DNA of 32,000 nt from Halalkalibacterium halodurans (lineage in GTDB: Bacteria; Bacillota; Bacilli; Bacillales; Bacillaceae_D): positions 1-32,000 of the forward strand of contig NZ_SNUY01000026.1 of NCBI RefSeq assembly GCF_004376175.1. Direction: 5' to 3'. The notes below the pieces were generated by a model. That model made no database searches. It worked only from the letters and a program-made list of their open reading frames with translations, and had not been told where the DNA came from. Positions 31,965 to 32,000 of this stretch are shown piece by piece (positions within the stretch are counted from its first letter, which is position 1; the number at the start of each line of letters is the position of its first letter). Position numbers and translations under genes: made by a program.

Positions 31965-32000
31965 AAAGAGCTACCCTTTATTGGGAGCTCTTTTCGTTTT
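31965..32000 (+). terminator. Probable terminator after the SBP gene, at the window edge
   Basis: AAAGAGCT (31965-31972) ... AGCTCTTT (31986-31993), then TCGTTTT. Confidence 0.5.

Noticed and set aside
1-32000. Searched by eye for CRISPR arrays, tRNA/rRNA genes, long tandem repeats and recognisable defence operons.
   Set aside because: I saw no regularly spaced direct repeats, cloverleaf-type sequences or rRNA-like blocks. The only nuclease-fold gene (14411-15067) has no typical defence partners.

Overview
About 43% GC by eye, Firmicutes-style Shine-Dalgarno sites and hairpin plus T-tract terminators. The gene content suggests an alkaliphilic Bacillaceae chromosome. A short amidohydrolase-type uronate isomerase next to uxaB matches what I recall for Halalkalibacterium (Bacillus) halodurans C-125, but I cannot verify that here. 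Layout, left to right: (1) a complete IS21-family element (istAB, 3-2362). (2) A pectin/hexuronate module: uxaB, a non-canonical uronate isomerase, and a 1404-aa secreted modular PL9-like pectate lyase. (3) A second, unrelated DDE IS (about 9527-11450) that appears to have landed in the last codons of the lyase gene. (4) A mixed set of small genes: an alpha/alpha-toroid repeat protein, a cupin, a Cof-type HAD phosphatase, a 49-aa Gly/Tyr-rich membrane protein absent from the ORF track, a membrane-anchored Mrr_cat nuclease-fold protein and aroK. (5) A clear cobalamin riboswitch with its own terminator in front of a class I ribonucleotide reductase alpha/beta pair that has no nrdI. (6) A GNAT, a 129-aa unknown, the globin-coupled chemoreceptor HemAT, an SDR, a DUF1292-like protein, an HxlR regulator and two micro-ORFs. 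(7) mgtE, with a terminator-containing leader but no recognisable M-box. (8) An iron-regulated block with Fur boxes at three promoters: a ferric-type ABC transporter split into two transcription units, and a 105-aa DUF2325-like protein with four C-terminal Cys. (9) A Mn/Zn-type (cluster A-I) metal-binding lipoprotein. I found no CRISPR array, tRNA or rRNA, and no coherent multi-gene system that I can defend as new. The best leads are the doubly Fur-boxed DUF2325-like gene with the about 280 bp of unexplained non-coding DNA beside it, the M-box-less mgtE leader with its uORF and attenuator, the B12-riboswitch-controlled NrdI-less RNR, and the membrane Mrr_cat/aroK pair. All coordinates were counted by hand from the printed sequence. 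All family assignments come from motif recognition, not from searches.
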